Shown here: in pieces, positions 1-13,522 of the stretch
How the letters are laid out: each line of letters begins with the position of its first letter
Numbering within the stretch: position 1 is the stretch's first letter
NCBI GenBank assembly: GCA_030324005.1
Contig: JARDVH010000193.1
Location: forward strand, 70,146,739 to 70,210,738
Reading direction: 5' to 3'
Length of the DNA stretch: 64,000 bases
DNA from: Negaprion brevirostris
Taxonomy: Eukaryota
Program-made: the position numbers and the translations under genes
The notes under the pieces: model-generated
The model's database searches: none
The model's input: the letters and a program-made list of their open reading frames with translations, nothing else
Told to the model about the DNA's origin: nothing

Positions 1-112
1 AGAAGGCGGGAATGTGGAACTGAGCCACGACAGATCAGCCATGATCTTATTGAATGGCGGGGCAGGCTCGAAGGGCTCCATAGCCTACTCCTGCTCCTAT
101 TTCTTATGTTCA
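1..112 (+). mobile_element. CR1-type LINE 3' end, young subfamily
   Basis: gatcagccatgatcttattgaatggcggggcaggctcgaaggg...cctactcctgctcctatttcttatgttc; near-identical to 7445-7552. Confidence 0.75.
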
Positions 113-1162
113 TTAATGTACCTACAGTGAAGGAACTGACATTGTGTAGTTACCAGGTATCAGGCCCAAGGGTGCATTTGGGAGCTCAATGTTTCAACTC
201 ACACCCTCCCTTAATCTTGCATGGTCTACCAAACATTTGAAAGTAGGAAGCTGAATTTAAAACTAACTTTAACTACTTGCAGGTTAGTTATTACTTGATT
301 TTGCTCTGGATATTGCTTTGATTTTGCAAGTGTTTTGTGCTTTCTATGTTTCAAGTTACAGCTCTGTACAGGGTGTGGTGTGGCTGATGCTGAAGGATGT
401 TTTGTAGACTGAAAGTAATTGCTTCCAGACATACATGTGCAGGAAAGGAACTCTCTTGGAACATAGTGGAGAATGAATAAAGGGCACACAGAGCAGGAGA
501 AGCTGCTTGAAGAGGGAGAACGAATGAGCTCAACAGGAGAACTTTTCCACCCAATGTGATCACAGATCAATTCTCTTAACCAAGCCTCGGTGAGGAACAA
601 TGCGTGAGTTGTCTGTATTTTAATATGGACAACCTTGTTGAAATTTGCAACCCCCTCTTTAGCCACAGCTCCAACTTTGGAGTGGAGCAAAGCACCACAT
701 TGACACTATCAAAATCACAGCTTCAGGCAATGAGCTTTTCATGTGTCTGGATCCTTTGAAGCTTGAGTTTGGAGATATTTGCAACATCTCCCAGTTTGCC
801 ATCCACAATTACCTAAGAGAGTTCGCTGAGACTACCAATGAGACCTAACTTTTTTACTCTTGCCAGAGGGAAGTGGGTAGAATGAGAACACATCTTATGC
901 TTCCCTGTGGCAAATGGTACCATTAATTATGTGCACATTGCTTTGCAGGCACAGTGTATCTATGCTGCCCACCATTGAAATCAAAATCAGTTCCACTCCC
1001 TCAGTGTCCAACTGGTGTGTTAGCTTCAGCATGCAGTATCCTGGCAGCAGTCATAATGCTATCATTCTGTGGCAGTTTGCTGTGCCATCTACATTCGGGT
1101 CACCACAACAAAGAAAATAACTATTGGGTGACAAAGGCTATCTGCTCCATATATCTTCGGGT

Positions 1163-1465
1163 AACACAGTAGTTAGCACTGTTGTCTCACAGCACCAGGG
1201 ACTGGGTTTGATTCCTGGCTTGGGTCACTGTCTGTGCGGAGTTTGGACATTCTCCCTGTATCTGCGTGGGTTTCCTTCGGGCGCTCTGGTTTCCTCCCAC
1301 AGTCCAAAGATGTATGAGTTAGGTTGATTGGCCATGCTAAATTGCAGCTTGGTATCAAGGGGATAGCATGGTATGTATGTACAGCTGCAGGGTTAGGGGC
1401 TGGATTGTGGTCGGTGCAGGCTTGCTGGTTTCAATAGCCCCCTTCTGTACGGATTCTATTGTATG
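1163..1465 (+). mobile_element. tRNA-derived SINE (HE1-like, CR1-type tail)
   Basis: A/B-box-like head (gttagcactg...gggtttgattcc) and core gggtttcc...ggtttcctcccacagtccaaagatg shared with other copies in the window. Confidence 0.8.
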
Positions 1466-1619
1466 ATATGCGACAGAACTGCAATGAAAGCCATGCAGTC
1501 ACATGAAATGTGACAGGATACTGTGGTTTACTCCGAAAAAGTGCTTGTTATTTGGAGGAGCTTTGCAGTATTTGGCAGACTGGATGTCGAGATTCGTTAT
1601 GGTCCATTGCATGTTACAA

Positions 1620-1896
1620 TAAAGTTTATTTATTAGTCACAAGTAAGGTTTACATTAACACTGCAATGAAGTTATTGCACAGGTCCCCTAGTTGCCACAC
1701 TCTGATGCCTGTTCAGGTAAATGCACCTAACCAGCATGTCTTTCAATCTGTGGGGGGAAACCAGAGCGCCTCGAGGAAACCTGTGCAGACACTGAGAGAA
1801 CTTGCGAACTCCACACAGACAGTGACCCAAGCCGGGAATTGAATCTGGGCCCCGGGCGTTGTGAGACAGCAGTACTAACCATTGTGCTACCGTGCC
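1620..1896 (-). mobile_element. tRNA-derived SINE with alternative tail
   Basis: Reverse complement of the same head/core; tail matches the copy at 24925-25200. Confidence 0.8.
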
Positions 1897-2897
1897 TCAT
1901 CTTGCCAGCGTGATTGGACAGCCCTTGCAGCCATATGACCAACAGCTGAAGCTCAGGAGCATATGTTGGGGGAAGAAAAAGGGGAGAGAGAAGGCAACCA
2001 AAATAACCATTTTCTTGGCTATGTGCCTGTGAAGGGCTCATCCCACGATGATACCAGTAACCACAGCCCCCATGCACTGTTTGCCAGAAGTCCCAATCCG
2101 TAGCTTACCTTCCCTCACACTGATAGTTGCAGCATCCACTTTTACTCATTGCTCAATTAAAGTGTCACAGTTAACTTATTCCAAACCAAATTAATGAATT
2201 AAATAATTCCATCTTGTTGACAAAAGTGAATTCCTCGCCTTTGTATATTTCCTTATTGCCTGTCTTCAATGTACCTTTGCCTTGCCGAATACAGCTATGC
2301 AGTGCATGCAGTGTGGCTGGTGGAACGCTGCTGCCTTTCATTGGAGGAGACTGCAGATGGCCTTGGAGAATGATCCTGAATAGCTCCAGGCTTAGAAGGC
2401 TGCACAATTTCTTCCTGGACAGCGGTTGACAGGTAACAGCTGGAGTATTGGTGGGTGTGGGAGATGAATCTGTCCTCTGGCAAGAGCACTGCAAGTTGTT
2501 CTCCATTGTGTCACTGCTATTTCCTTTTGGGGGTGGGGGCATCTCAACATTCCTAGTAAGGNNNNNNNNNNNNNNNNNNNNNNNNNNNNNNNNNNNNNNN
2601 NNNNNNNNNNNNNNNNNNNNNNNNNNNNNNNNNNNNNNNNNNNNNNNNNNNNNNNNNNNNNCAGAGCTTGCATGATAGCCAATATGTACTTCCTCTGAAA
2701 GTCAGATCCTTGGTGGCTGCTGCTCGTGCTTAAACAGAAGCTGCAACATCAGCTATCAGGTGTTGCATCATGGTTTTACTTGTAAGCCCATGAATGGTGT
2801 TGGCCATCAGTGCGATGTTTGAAAGGATGAACTTCAAATTCATTCTGTGTGCCAAGTTGGTGTTGGACCCTGCCACGTTGCTTGACTTCGAAATGCA

Positions 2898-3480
2898 AAC
2901 ATAGAAACAGAGGTTTTAGGAGTAGGCCATTTAGCCCTTTGAGCCTGCTCAACGTGATTATGGCTGATCTCAATGCCGTAGTCCACACTCTCCCCATACC
3001 TTTGACACCTTTAGAGTCTAGAAATCAAATTTCTTATTAAATGTATTCAGCGACTTGACACCTTTTATGTGGTAGAGGATTCCACAGGGACACCACCCTC
3101 TGAGTGAAGACATTTCTCTTCATCTTAGTCCTAAGTGGATTTCCCCATTATCTGAGATTGTGAGCATTTGTTTTCGGATCTCCCAGCCAGAGGAAACAAC
3201 ATCCCTACATCCAGTCTGTTCGGCCCTGTCAGAATTTCATACATTTCAATTAGATCTCTCATTCTTCTGAATTCCAATGAATATACGCCATTCTTTCCTC
3301 ATATGACAATTCTGCCATCCCAGGAATCAGGCTGGTGAACCTTCAATGCTCTCTCTCTATGGCAAGTGTATTCTTTCTTAGATAAGGAAACCATAACTGT
3401 CCACAGTACTGGTGTGGTCTCACCAAGGCCCTGTACAACTGCAGTAAGACTCCCTTGCTCCTGTACTTAATCCTCTTGTG
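2898..3480 (-). mobile_element. CR1-type LINE 3' fragment
   Basis: Minus-strand YRSKGVLLQLYRALVRPHQYCGQLWFPYLRK is the typical CR1 ORF2 C-terminus; 3' UTR tail near 2900. Confidence 0.8.
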
Positions 3481-4894
3481 ATGACATTTTAGTGGCAAGC
3501 TTCCCAGTGCACTGAATATTTTGTTGTGCATATGCCTCAGTGTTCCTCTATTGGTTGCCCCATCAAAATGTTCATTTGAGTCCTCTGCAACAGTACTTGC
3601 TCTCCAGTGAGATGGTACGTGTGCTATCCTCGTTCCCTGTGTTGGCTGGAAGCCACTCATGCCAGGTATCTCTGCATGTGTTCATCCTGGCTCCAAACTA
3701 TCCTCTAAAATATTCTGTGTCAGTATTTGAGCTGTTGACTGCAAATGTGAAATTTAGTCGGTATGTCTTTATTACAGTCTATTTTTCCAACAGTGTCTAG
3801 CCAGGTTTCAGTTCTTGGATATCTGAAAAGTCAAAGGTACAAGAGTAAGATTGTGTGCAAATGATGGGCATTAACGGGGATTCATTTGTACCTCTATAAT
3901 TAAGCACGGACTGAAACTGATTCCAAAGTCAGGAGGTGCTTGACACATAAACTTTGTAAATAAATGTTCATGAAAGTGTGTAAAGATTGGCTCCAATTCT
4001 GTCCTTCAACAGGCTTTCTGGAATATAATGTGTAGTTGTAGATTTTATTGTTTGAGTCTTTTGTTTTGAATGTTGCAATTTTCCTGTCCTTTGACATATC
4101 GTATCTAAGGATTTATACCTGTACCTAGGAGGATACAATCAATATCTCTGTAATTTTTGTTATTTCCCTCAGCATCCTAGGATGCATCACACCCAATTCT
4201 GATGAATTCAATGTTTCAAGATCTCTTTGTCAATTTTTTTGCACACCTGGAATCTCAATTACTATGGCTTTGGCAGCATCCCTTTTCTTGGTGAAGACAG
4301 ATGCAGAGTCATTTTGTACTCAACCATGCCCTCTGCCTCCATGCATAGGTCTCATTTTATCCCCTAATTCTCTCCACTTACTGCAAAGTTATTATTTATT
4401 TACCTATGTAATAGTATTGTTTTATGTTAGCTACCAATTTCCCCTCATACTCTCTCTTTGTCATTGTTACACAGAACATAACAGCACAGTACAGGCCCTT
4501 CGGCCCTCAGTGTTGTGCTGAGCTATGTCCAATCCCAAGATCAAGCTATCCCTCTCTATAATTCTGGAGTGTTATTTCACTTTCTGTCTGAACTGCTACA
4601 TTCAACCTGTTCCCACTTATTTTGTTAACTTGATATTTAACCCCATGCTTGTCCCATTTTTTGCCTCATCCTACTTCCTGTGCTGGATATTTCCCCATCC
4701 AGAGGAAGGAATGGGGGATGGTTCCAATGTATCCTTCAAAAGGAAATTGGGTGAATACTTGAAAAAGAGAAAACAAAATGAGGAGAATGGGAAAAGAGTG
4801 ACAGAGTGGGACTAACTGAATTGCTGTTGGAAAGAGCTAGTGTGAACTTGGTGGATGAGTTGGACACTTGTGTTTAAATATTTTTTGGAGTCAC

Positions 4895-5138
4895 TTTAGC
4901 TCAATTTGCTGGACAGCTGGTTAGTGATGCAGAAATGATAATAAATGTGCATTTACAGTACGAGTTTCAATTCCTGTATCAGCTGAGGTTATTCATGAAG
5001 GCTCCATATTCTCAACCTAGACCCTTGTCTGAGGTGTGATGATCTTCAGGTTAAAACACCACCAGTCAGCTCTCCCCCTCGAAGGACAGAGCTTCCTATG
5101 GTCATCTGGGGCTATAGTTATATGGCGACTTTATCTTA
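4895..5138 (+). mobile_element. SINE of a second family
   Basis: agctcaatt...gagtttcaattcc tRNA-like head; body gctgaggttattcatgaaggc...caccaccagtcagctctcccc recalled as a shark repeat. Confidence 0.5.
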
Positions 5139-5854
5139 TCGGCATAGCTGTGACTGGAAAATCCTGGAACTCAGAGTCTCCAACACAGTGTTCTTCATTC
5201 TTCAGATTTTCCCAGGTCAAAGTCACTCACTGCATGATTTCCACAACCTGATCCAGCCACTATATTTCTCCCCTTTTGAGACTTACAGGCTGGATTTAGG
5301 TAGTGCTAACCACTCACTATATTGGCTTGCCATTGACACTTCCAACCAATCAAGTATGTGGTTAGCATTTAGATAATTGAAATGAATAGTCAGCATGATG
5401 CTACTGTGTTTTCTCTATCGCAATCAATGGGTGCAGATTAATCACTCTACTCAGTCCCGACACCTGTTCTTGAGTGCTATTAAGTTTAGTCCTTTAAGTG
5501 TTAATTTAGTGAACGTACACCAGTGATGTGCCCTGTTAGTGTCTATAATCAGTATGTTTTGTAAGAAAAGATGTGTGTATTTTCTTACCCTTTTAATGTA
5601 TATTTCAGTTAAATAATTCAGCAGCATTAAAAGTTTAGAGTTTAAAATGAAAAAGGTTAGTTATCCTCACTGGTTAACCCGAAATTAGCATATTAGACAT
5701 ACGGTCTCACAAATGTGCATGTACACATGCACTTTTACAGACTCAGTCTCTGATATACAATTTTCTGTCTCTCATAAAACATTAGACAGGGGTCGTGGGT
5801 AGAGAGGTGGACTGGTGGTGTTGAGATGGCGGCGCGGGCTCGTTGGGCCNNNNN

Positions 5855-6118
5855 ATCCCACCCAGGCCCGATCCCCATAACCTCATGCATTTACTGTCGC
5901 TAATCCCCCTGACGCTGAGGAGCTACTTAGCATGGCCAGACAACCTAACCCGCTCTCCTTTGGACTGTGGGAGGAAACCGGAGCACCCGGAGGAAACCCA
6001 AGCAGACACGGGGAGAATGTGCAGACTCTGCACAGACAGTGACTGAAGTTGGGAATTGAACCTGGGTCCCTGGCGCTGTGAGGCAGCAGTGCTAACCACT
6101 GTGCCATCCATGCCACCC
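5855..6118 (-). mobile_element. tRNA-derived SINE (HE1-like)
   Basis: ggaggaaaccggagcacccggaggaaaccca...gcagcagtgctaaccactgtgcc. Confidence 0.85.
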
Positions 6119-7420
6119 CATAGTTTTATGAATCGATTTGATGAGTTAAAGTTGAAGCAAGGTACTTGACAAGTGAAGAGTTCGCAGAGGGCTGTTGTGA
6201 GATTGAATATCTAAGAGTTTGATTCTCGGGTAAACTTTGAAACTGGAATGGGTTAGATAATTTGGCTGCTTCTGATTCTGACACTGGCTGACTGGATACT
6301 TCTTGTGAATTTGCTGGGTCCTGGGGTAATTAGGGTGCAGTCCCTGAAACTAGTTTGGATTATATGACTGCTGGGATAACAATTTAGAGGCACACGTTGC
6401 CTAGTTTTGATGGGGTCGCCATCGTAATATAGTGAGAAGTTGATCGTGGCCATTGCATTTCAATTTTCCTATTTCTTCAGTATGACACTGGAGATGGGCA
6501 CTCTAGAAACTCAGTTGTCTTTAAGTGTTGGCTGGTCCTTTAAAGAATGAAAATTTCCATAAATGGCTGTGAGGTATACTTGCCCAAGTCCATTTGTGCT
6601 GTATTCACCACAGACTTGACACTGTCTGTAGTCGAAATGCCTAAAGTTATGTAACTTGTGGCATTTACCTTAAAAGCTTGTTTGTGTGCCATTTTTAAAA
6701 GCATTGATTGAAAGTTCACAATCTGACATGCCATTACTGGGCATGACAGCATTCTTACCTCTTTGAAAGTTCAGTATTAAAACACCACTCCTAGAATAGA
6801 AGACATAATGTCGGCATGCCCTTCAGTGCAATGCTGAAGGGGTACCTTGTACTATCTTTTTAATGAGGGTGTCCTTAAGACAGAAATAGATAGGTTCTTG
6901 ATTGATAAGGGGATCAGGGGTTAAGGGGAAAAGGCAGGAGAAGGGGATGAGAAAAATATCAGCCAAGATTCAATGGCGGAGCAGACTTGATGGGCTAAAT
7001 GGCCTCATTCTGCTCCCATGTCTTATGGAATTAGACATCCTTGATCCTGGCACCGGGGAGTTTTGTTTACAGTCACAGAGATTACAATTGAATCTCCTAC
7101 ATCAGGAAATGTTAGGATTCTATTAAAATGAATGTATAGTCTTTTTGCACAAGTAAAATCAAACTGCCGTGCATTATGTAAACTGTGTCTAGACAACACC
7201 TCTTTGTAATTGATACAATTAATATTCAGAATACTGTGAGCTCGGAAGCAGTTTCGACACAGATGAGGTGTTGAAGAATCAGCAGCAAGAAGGAGAGAGA
7301 GGCAGCCATATTCAACTCAGNNNNNNNNNNNNNNNNNNNNNNNNNNNNNNNNNNNNNNNNNNNNNNNNNNNNNNNNNNNNNNNNNNNNNNNNNNNNNNNN
7401 NNNNNNNNNNNNNNNNNNNN

Positions 7421-7556
7421 GGGGATTAAGGGTTATGGGGAGAGGGCTGGAATGTGGAACTGAGCTACGACAGATCAGCCATGATCTTATTGAATGGCGG
7501 GGCAGGCTCGAAGGGCTCCATGGCCTACTCCTGCTCCTACTTCTTATGTTCTTATA
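7421..7556 (+). mobile_element. CR1-type LINE 3' end next to N-gap
   Basis: Near-identical to 1-112. Confidence 0.75.
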
Positions 7557-8285
7557 TGAGTCTAATGAGATGGTGAACTGAGATCCAGTCTTTCCTTTCA
7601 GCTGAGTGTAAAGAATCCCAGAGCATTAAGTCATAATTGTGCCCATTCACAATAAATTGGCTGCACTTAAAAAAAAAAACACAACCATGTGAAGGCATTT
7701 AAATGCATGTTTATTATAATTTCTGCATAGGATAATGTTTGTGTAATTTAGTTTGAATGGGGTATGGGTGCAATGTATATCGACTCACTTATTAAGAAGA
7801 GTCTAAAATAGGCCCATTGCTATGATACATCTGCTGTGGTTTCCTGCTGTTGTGAAGTTTACCGGGATCAGATTAGAAAGATGTTCAGTGAAAGAAAAAT
7901 CACAAGGAAAAAGGCTGCATATATCATTACTGTTCGTGACTCCTTCCTGTGCATAAATTAACTGTTACCTCCCTATATCCCAATAGTAACTACACTTCAA
8001 AAAGTACCTAATAGCCTGTAACGACCTTTGTGATATCCTAAGGTCATAAAGGATGTTATCTTCGTGCAAATGCTTTCATGACTTTAACCCAAGTTTCACT
8101 TGATTTATCAATTATTGTGATTGTAAAAGAATAAGTAATCTTGTTTCAATTTATCATGTCTCACAACTCTGCTTTTTCATCATTGTTTGTGGAGGGAAAT
8201 GTTTCAAATTCCTCACAAGGCTATCCCTACAAGTTTTATGCCAGCCTGCTATTACACAGATGGTATTGGATAGAGGTGTCAACAA

Positions 8286-8553
8286 TCATAGAACATAGAA
8301 AAACTACAGCACAAACAGGCCCTTCGGCCCACAAGTTGCAGTTTATACCTCTACCTACTTAGGCTTACCTATAACCCTCAATCCTACTAAGTCCCGTGTA
8401 CTCATCCAGAAGTCTCTTCAAAGACCCTTTCAAATTCGAATCCGCCTCCACCACCACTGCTGGCAGCCGATTCCATGCACCCACCACCCTCTGAGTGAAA
8501 AACTTATTCCTGACATCTCCTCTGTACCTATTCCCCAGCACCCTAAACCTGTG
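8286..8553 (-). mobile_element. CR1-type LINE 3' end
   Basis: catagaacatagaaaaactacagcacaaacaggcccttcggcccacaagttgca; reverse complement of 15930-16255. Confidence 0.75.
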
Positions 8554-10542
8554 TTATCGTTTTGACGCTTTGTGTTTTTTGCAAATAATTTTGTTTTGAA
8601 ACCTATTAATAAGTGTCCAGAAATGTTATACTTGAATCATGTTAAGTTTTTACCATTTAGTGGAATTGTGTACTTCATTAAAATCATGATAACTTCCATT
8701 CGTTGTCCATTTAAAATAGCACTAAAATATTTGATGTCTCTTTGTAAATATTAGTTGGAAAGCCAGATCTTCAAATATCTTTATTGTTATAATCTATGTA
8801 ATTAGTGTGATGCCATAGTAATTTAACAATGGTTTGCATTATTGGAAAATGCCCACGGTGATTCCTTTTGCTTAAAATTCTAGAAAAACTAAAACATGAA
8901 GTTCTTATACTTTAAGAAAGGTGGACAAAATGCTGATTAAATCAATATTCATTGTTTTGGTAAACCAAGTGATAACAGAACAAACCAGGAGCTGTTTGAA
9001 ATGTAATTGCTGTCTCCTAACGATAGCCACATGTCTGCTAGTGCTGTTTCAGCCTGAATTCTCAGAGACTAGGTTCTATGAATCTCATGGATGAGTTGCT
9101 AATTCCTTATTCCATTGGCACATCCATTGACTGTCGGTGAGCCTACGAGTTGGAAGTTAGATTTGGTAGTTGCTCAAGGCATTCCCTGTTAGGATGTGAC
9201 TGAAAGTGCATGTTAATAATTTATGGAGAGCTGTATTAAATATCATAGTTAGACTAAAGTATGGTTACATTGGAAATTTTGAAACTTTCTAATTCCTGTT
9301 ATACTTGCAGTGATGTAAGTGATTTTCATCTTAGTGGCACTAATAATTAAGATTATAAATTTAGTGATGTTGCTTTGCACGTTAATTGTTTTAAGAATGA
9401 AATTGTTAAACTACCAACTCCATTTGCTCCAAATTGGATACAAGTAGAAGGCGTTTTTTAAGGGAAGCTAGATCGACACATGAGGGAGAGAGGAATGGAA
9501 AGATGTTGTTACGCTGAGCTGGAGTAAAATGGGAGGAGGCTCATGTGGAACATAAACACCGACATTAGGTTGAGTGGTCTATTTCTGTGCTGTGAAGTTC
9601 AGTCCAAGTAAAATAAATTATCCGTGTATCCGATCAGAAAACAGGTGATAAATTGCGATTTGTTTCCATCAGAAATTTTCTAGAGTTATTTTTTACATTG
9701 TGACTGAAACACTGTTAATAACTGTTCATGTGTGCTTCAGGCTTGTAGTGGGTTGCAGTGTGGGTGTTTTGGCATATTGAACAGAACGGTGTGTCTTTAT
9801 TTCCACATTTGAGTCATGATTCCTTCTTTTCTGGATCAATTCCCAGTTTGTTCAATTTAATTTGTTATGCACAAGGCATTTAGTGCACAGCACACTATTA
9901 TATAACAGAATTTTGTTTGTGTTAATGTGGCATGCAAATTTTTTTCCTGTTTGGTTCTGCATTCATGTTGTCTGTGATATGATTTAGAAAAGGCAAAGGA
10001 AGTTAATGTATGGTAGTGCAGTGTAGTAAATTAGTAAAATACAAGACAAATTGAAATAAATTGTATCAGCTTGTAAAACCTTTTATACAGTGTAAACTCA
10101 CAAATATATAACCAGTTTAACAAAATATTTCCTTGTATATGTTGTTTGCATGTATAAAGTGCAAGAAAAGCCGTTTATTGCATCAGTCCAAGTGGCTAAT
10201 TTGTATGTAAAAATTCCCTACTATTTCATCCTTTTGAACTATTTCAAATTGTTTCTTACTGTTTCTGTTTGACTTCCTTAACTCATTTTTACATTTAGCA
10301 ACATTTACTTTATAGTTTGCAGCAGGATATGTTGTGCTTTATATCATAGCCTTGTCCTGTTAAAGGACTTTCCTCTGATTCATAAGCAGTTCCATGAGTG
10401 ATCAGCAATTGCGGCAACAAGAGTTTTAGAACACCTTTGTAGTTGTGTGTTTGCAGTACTGTTGTCAGTATCCAATTAGCATTTGATCTTTCCTCAGGTA
10501 GACGAGATTAAGTTGCTTTGGCTTTGAGGGCTGGATGCAATT

Positions 10543-10689
10543 TAGATTTACAAGGATGTCGCCTGGGTTGGGAGGCATGCCTTATGAAGATAGGTTGAAG
10601 GAGCTAGGTCTCCTCCCTGGAGAGACGAAGGTTGAGAGGTGACCTGATAGAGGTTTATAAAATGTTGAGAGGTATAGATAGGGTGGATT
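10543..10689 (+). mobile_element. CR1 ORF2 C-terminal fragment
   Basis: LRGDLIEVYKMLRGIDRVD, ending in N-gap. Confidence 0.8.
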
Positions 10690-10789
10690 NNNNNNNNNNN
10701 NNNNNNNNNNNNNNNNNNNNNNNNNNNNNNNNNNNNNNNNNNNNNNNNNNNNNNNNNNNNNNNNNNNNNNNNNNNNNNNNNNNNNNNNN

Positions 10790-11370
10790 ATCTTTTGTGG
10801 GTTGTGGGTGTTGCTGGCTAGGGCAGCATTTATTGCCTAACCCTAATTGCCCCCTGAGAAGGTGGTGCTGAGCTTCCTCCTTGAGCTTCTGCAGTCCCGT
10901 GTGGTGTAGGCACACCCACAGTGCTGTTAGGGACGGAGTTTCAGGACTTTTATCCATCGATAGTGAAGGAACAGCTGACACGTTTCCAGGATGCTGCGTG
11001 ACTTGGAAGGGAACGCGCAGGGGGTGGTGTTCCCATGTGTCTGCTGTCCTTGTAGAGATTGCAGGTTTGGGGGAGTTGCAGTTGAAGGAGCCTTGGGGAA
11101 TTGCTGCAGTGCATCGTGTGGATGGCACACAGTGTGCCGGTGGTGGAGGGAGTCGACGTTTNNNNNNNNNNCGACGTTTGTAGATGGAGAGTGGGATTTT
11201 CCAGCCACGCTTGCCACAAGACGGGAAAATCCTTGCCCAAGGTCAATGGACCTTTGCATGGTCTGCCCCGGCCCACTACCATTCCCAAGGCAGAAGATTC
11301 CACTGAAAGTGTCAATCAAGCGGGGCTGATTTGTCCTGGATGATGTCGAGCTTCTTGAGTTGGAGCTGCA
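10790..11370 (-). mobile_element. LINE 3' fragment (CR1/L2 group) with a nested ~120 bp insertion
   Basis: Tail cagcatttattgcc shared with SINEs at 13913 and 36340; interrupted near 11187-11307 by a gggattttcc-type element. Confidence 0.55.
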
Positions 11371-11689
11371 GAGCATTGAGATGGACGTTTGAAGCAAAAT
11401 CACTTTGCGGTAGACCCTGTAAAGTTGATTGATTAGTGTCACAAGTAGGCTCACATTGACACTGCAATTAGTAAGAACGTAGGTCCACAATAGTCCAAAA
11501 GGCTGATAGACTGAGCAATCAAACTGACTCATTAACAGATTCCAGAAAGTTACAGAATCCAGAGAGACTGGGATTCTTCTCATTTAGGTTTCAGATTGTC
11601 CAATGGACGTGTATCCTCAAATAGAAATTCAAACAGATTGTCACAAATTCCACAAACATTCCTAATTGTGTTGTGGCTTCCACTAGAGG

Positions 11690-12020
11690 GTTAGACAGGT
11701 TTGTTCCAGAAAGAATGTTCCCGACAGTGACTAGGGCTCATAGTTTGAGGATAAGCGGTGACCCTTCTAGAACGGAGGTGAGGAGAAATTTCTTCCCCTA
11801 GAGGGTGGGGAATGTGGGGAATTCGCTCCCACAGAAAGTGGTTGAGGCCAAAACAGTGTCTGATTTCAAGAAGAAATCAGATATCGCTCTCGGGGCTAAA
11901 GGGATCGAGGGATACGGGGGGAAGGAGAGATCAGGATATTGAATTCTACAATAAGCCATGATCAAGGTGAATGGTGGAGCAGGTTCGAAGGGATGAATAG
12001 CCTCTTCCTGTTTGTAGTTT
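11690..12020 (+). mobile_element. CR1-type LINE 3' fragment
   Basis: gaggtgaggagaaatttcttc...gagggtgg...gccatgatc...gaatggtggagcagg. Confidence 0.7.
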
Positions 12021-12204
12021 CTCTGTTACAGCTGGGGGGGAAATTGTCAATATCACCAATAACAGCAGCCTGGGCACAACATGGCAGCTGCCTGTGGAGG
12101 AAGCTGGATTTGGCTATTGAGTTGGATGATCAGCCATGATGGTGATGAATGGTGGAGCAGGCTGGAAATGGCCTCCCCCTGATCCTATCTTCTATATCAT
12201 CGAG

Positions 12205-12522
12205 TCATCGAATCCTACATTGCAAGAGGCCATTCGGACCACCAAGTCTGCGCTGGTCACAATCTCACCCAAGTCCTATCCCCATAACCCCATGCATTTA
12301 ACCTAGCTAGTTCCCCCAACACTGAGGGACTATTGAGCATGGCCAATCTATCTAATCTGCATATCTTTGGACTGTGGGAGGAAATCGGAGCACCCAGAGG
12401 AAACCCATGCAGACACGGGGAGAAGGTGCAAACTTCACACAAACAGTGACCCAAGCCGGGAATCGAACCCGGATCCCTGGTGTTGTGGGGCTGCAGTGCT
12501 AAGCGCCGTGCCACCGTGCCAA
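12205..12522 (-). mobile_element. tRNA-derived SINE (HE1-like)
   Basis: Full-length reverse copy of the family at 14290. Confidence 0.85.
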
Positions 12523-12974
12523 CCCATGCTTCTATGTCTTCACCCAACCCAGATCGGCGACTTGTGCCAGAGCAGGTCAGTGACATCACACTTTGGTTAA
12601 ACATCATGCTCGGATGTTGTGGGTTCAAACCTCACTCCAGTGATCTAAACTGAGAGAGTGCCGCACTGTCGGAGGTGCCCCCTCTCGGACAAAACACTAA
12701 AACATCAATTTTGACCTCTGAGGTGAACTATGTCGAGGTGGGTCCCTATTAATGACTGAGATGAAGGGGCCGACTGTATTGTAGGCAAATTTCCTGATGG
12801 TACAAAGATTGGTCAGAAAACAGATTGTGAGGATACAGAGAGTCGGTGAAGGATAGGGGAAGCCATTGAGCAATAATTTGGAGGTGGAGTGGGGAAATGT
12901 GAGCTTGTCCACTTTGGCGGGAAGAGCAGACAATCAGAATACTATTTAAATAGGAACGAGACTGCAGAATCTCT

Positions 12975-13522
12975 CCCTCAATGTCAGTAAAACGAACAAG
13001 GTAGTTATCGACATCAGGAATCTTAGTGGAGGACAAGCCCCGATCTGTATCAATGGGGTTGACGTGGAAATAGTCGAGAGCTTCAGGTTTTTAGATGTCC
13101 AGATCACCAACTACCTGCCTCTCCAGGCCATCATTACAGTTAAGAAAATCCACCAATGCCTCTACTTTCTCAGGAGACCAAAGAAATTTGGCATGTTCGC
13201 TATGACTCTCACCAACTTTTACAGATGTGCTAGAGAAAGCATTCTTTCTGGTTGTATCATAGCTTGGTATGGCTTCTGCTCTGCCCAACTCTGCAACAAA
13301 CTACAAAGAATAGTGACCAAAGCCCAGTCCATCATGCAAACCAGCCTCCCCTCCATTAACTCTTTCTATACTTCCCACTGCCTCGGCAAAACAGCCAGCA
13401 TAATTAAGGACCCCATGAACCCTGGACATTCTCTCTTCCACCTTCTTCTATTGGGAAAAAAGATACAAAAGTCTGAGATCATGTACCAACCGACTCAAGA
13501 ACAGCTTCTTCCCTGCTGTCAC
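12975..13522 (+). mobile_element. Rex1/Babar-type LINE, end of the RT ORF
   Basis: ORF 13064..: VESFRFL...LYFLRR...LTNFYRC..ESILSGCI.AWYG...LQRIV...IIKDP.NPGHSLF, typical of the Rex1 ORF C-terminus. Confidence 0.75.

Larger units (their letters stand above)
170..2000 (+). mobile_element. Decayed PIF/Harbinger transposase remnant interrupted by two SINEs
   Basis: Frameshifted motifs in the expected order: GDICNISQFAIH (~770-806), FPVANGTINYVHIAL (~901-945), FHSLSVQLVC (~991-1020), YPGSSHNAIIL (~1037-1069), GDKGY (1127-1141), GGALQY (1554-1571). Confidence 0.75.

Noticed and set aside
7230-7320. Purine-rich open stretch (YCELGSSFDTDEVLKNQQQEGERGSHIQL) as RSK exon 2
   Set aside because: No resemblance to the MDEPMEE-type exon 2 I expect, a weak acceptor, and any donor is hidden by the gap.
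11154-11179. cgacgttt repeated around a 10-N gap, resembling a target-site duplication
   Set aside because: Best explained as a contig-overlap artefact.
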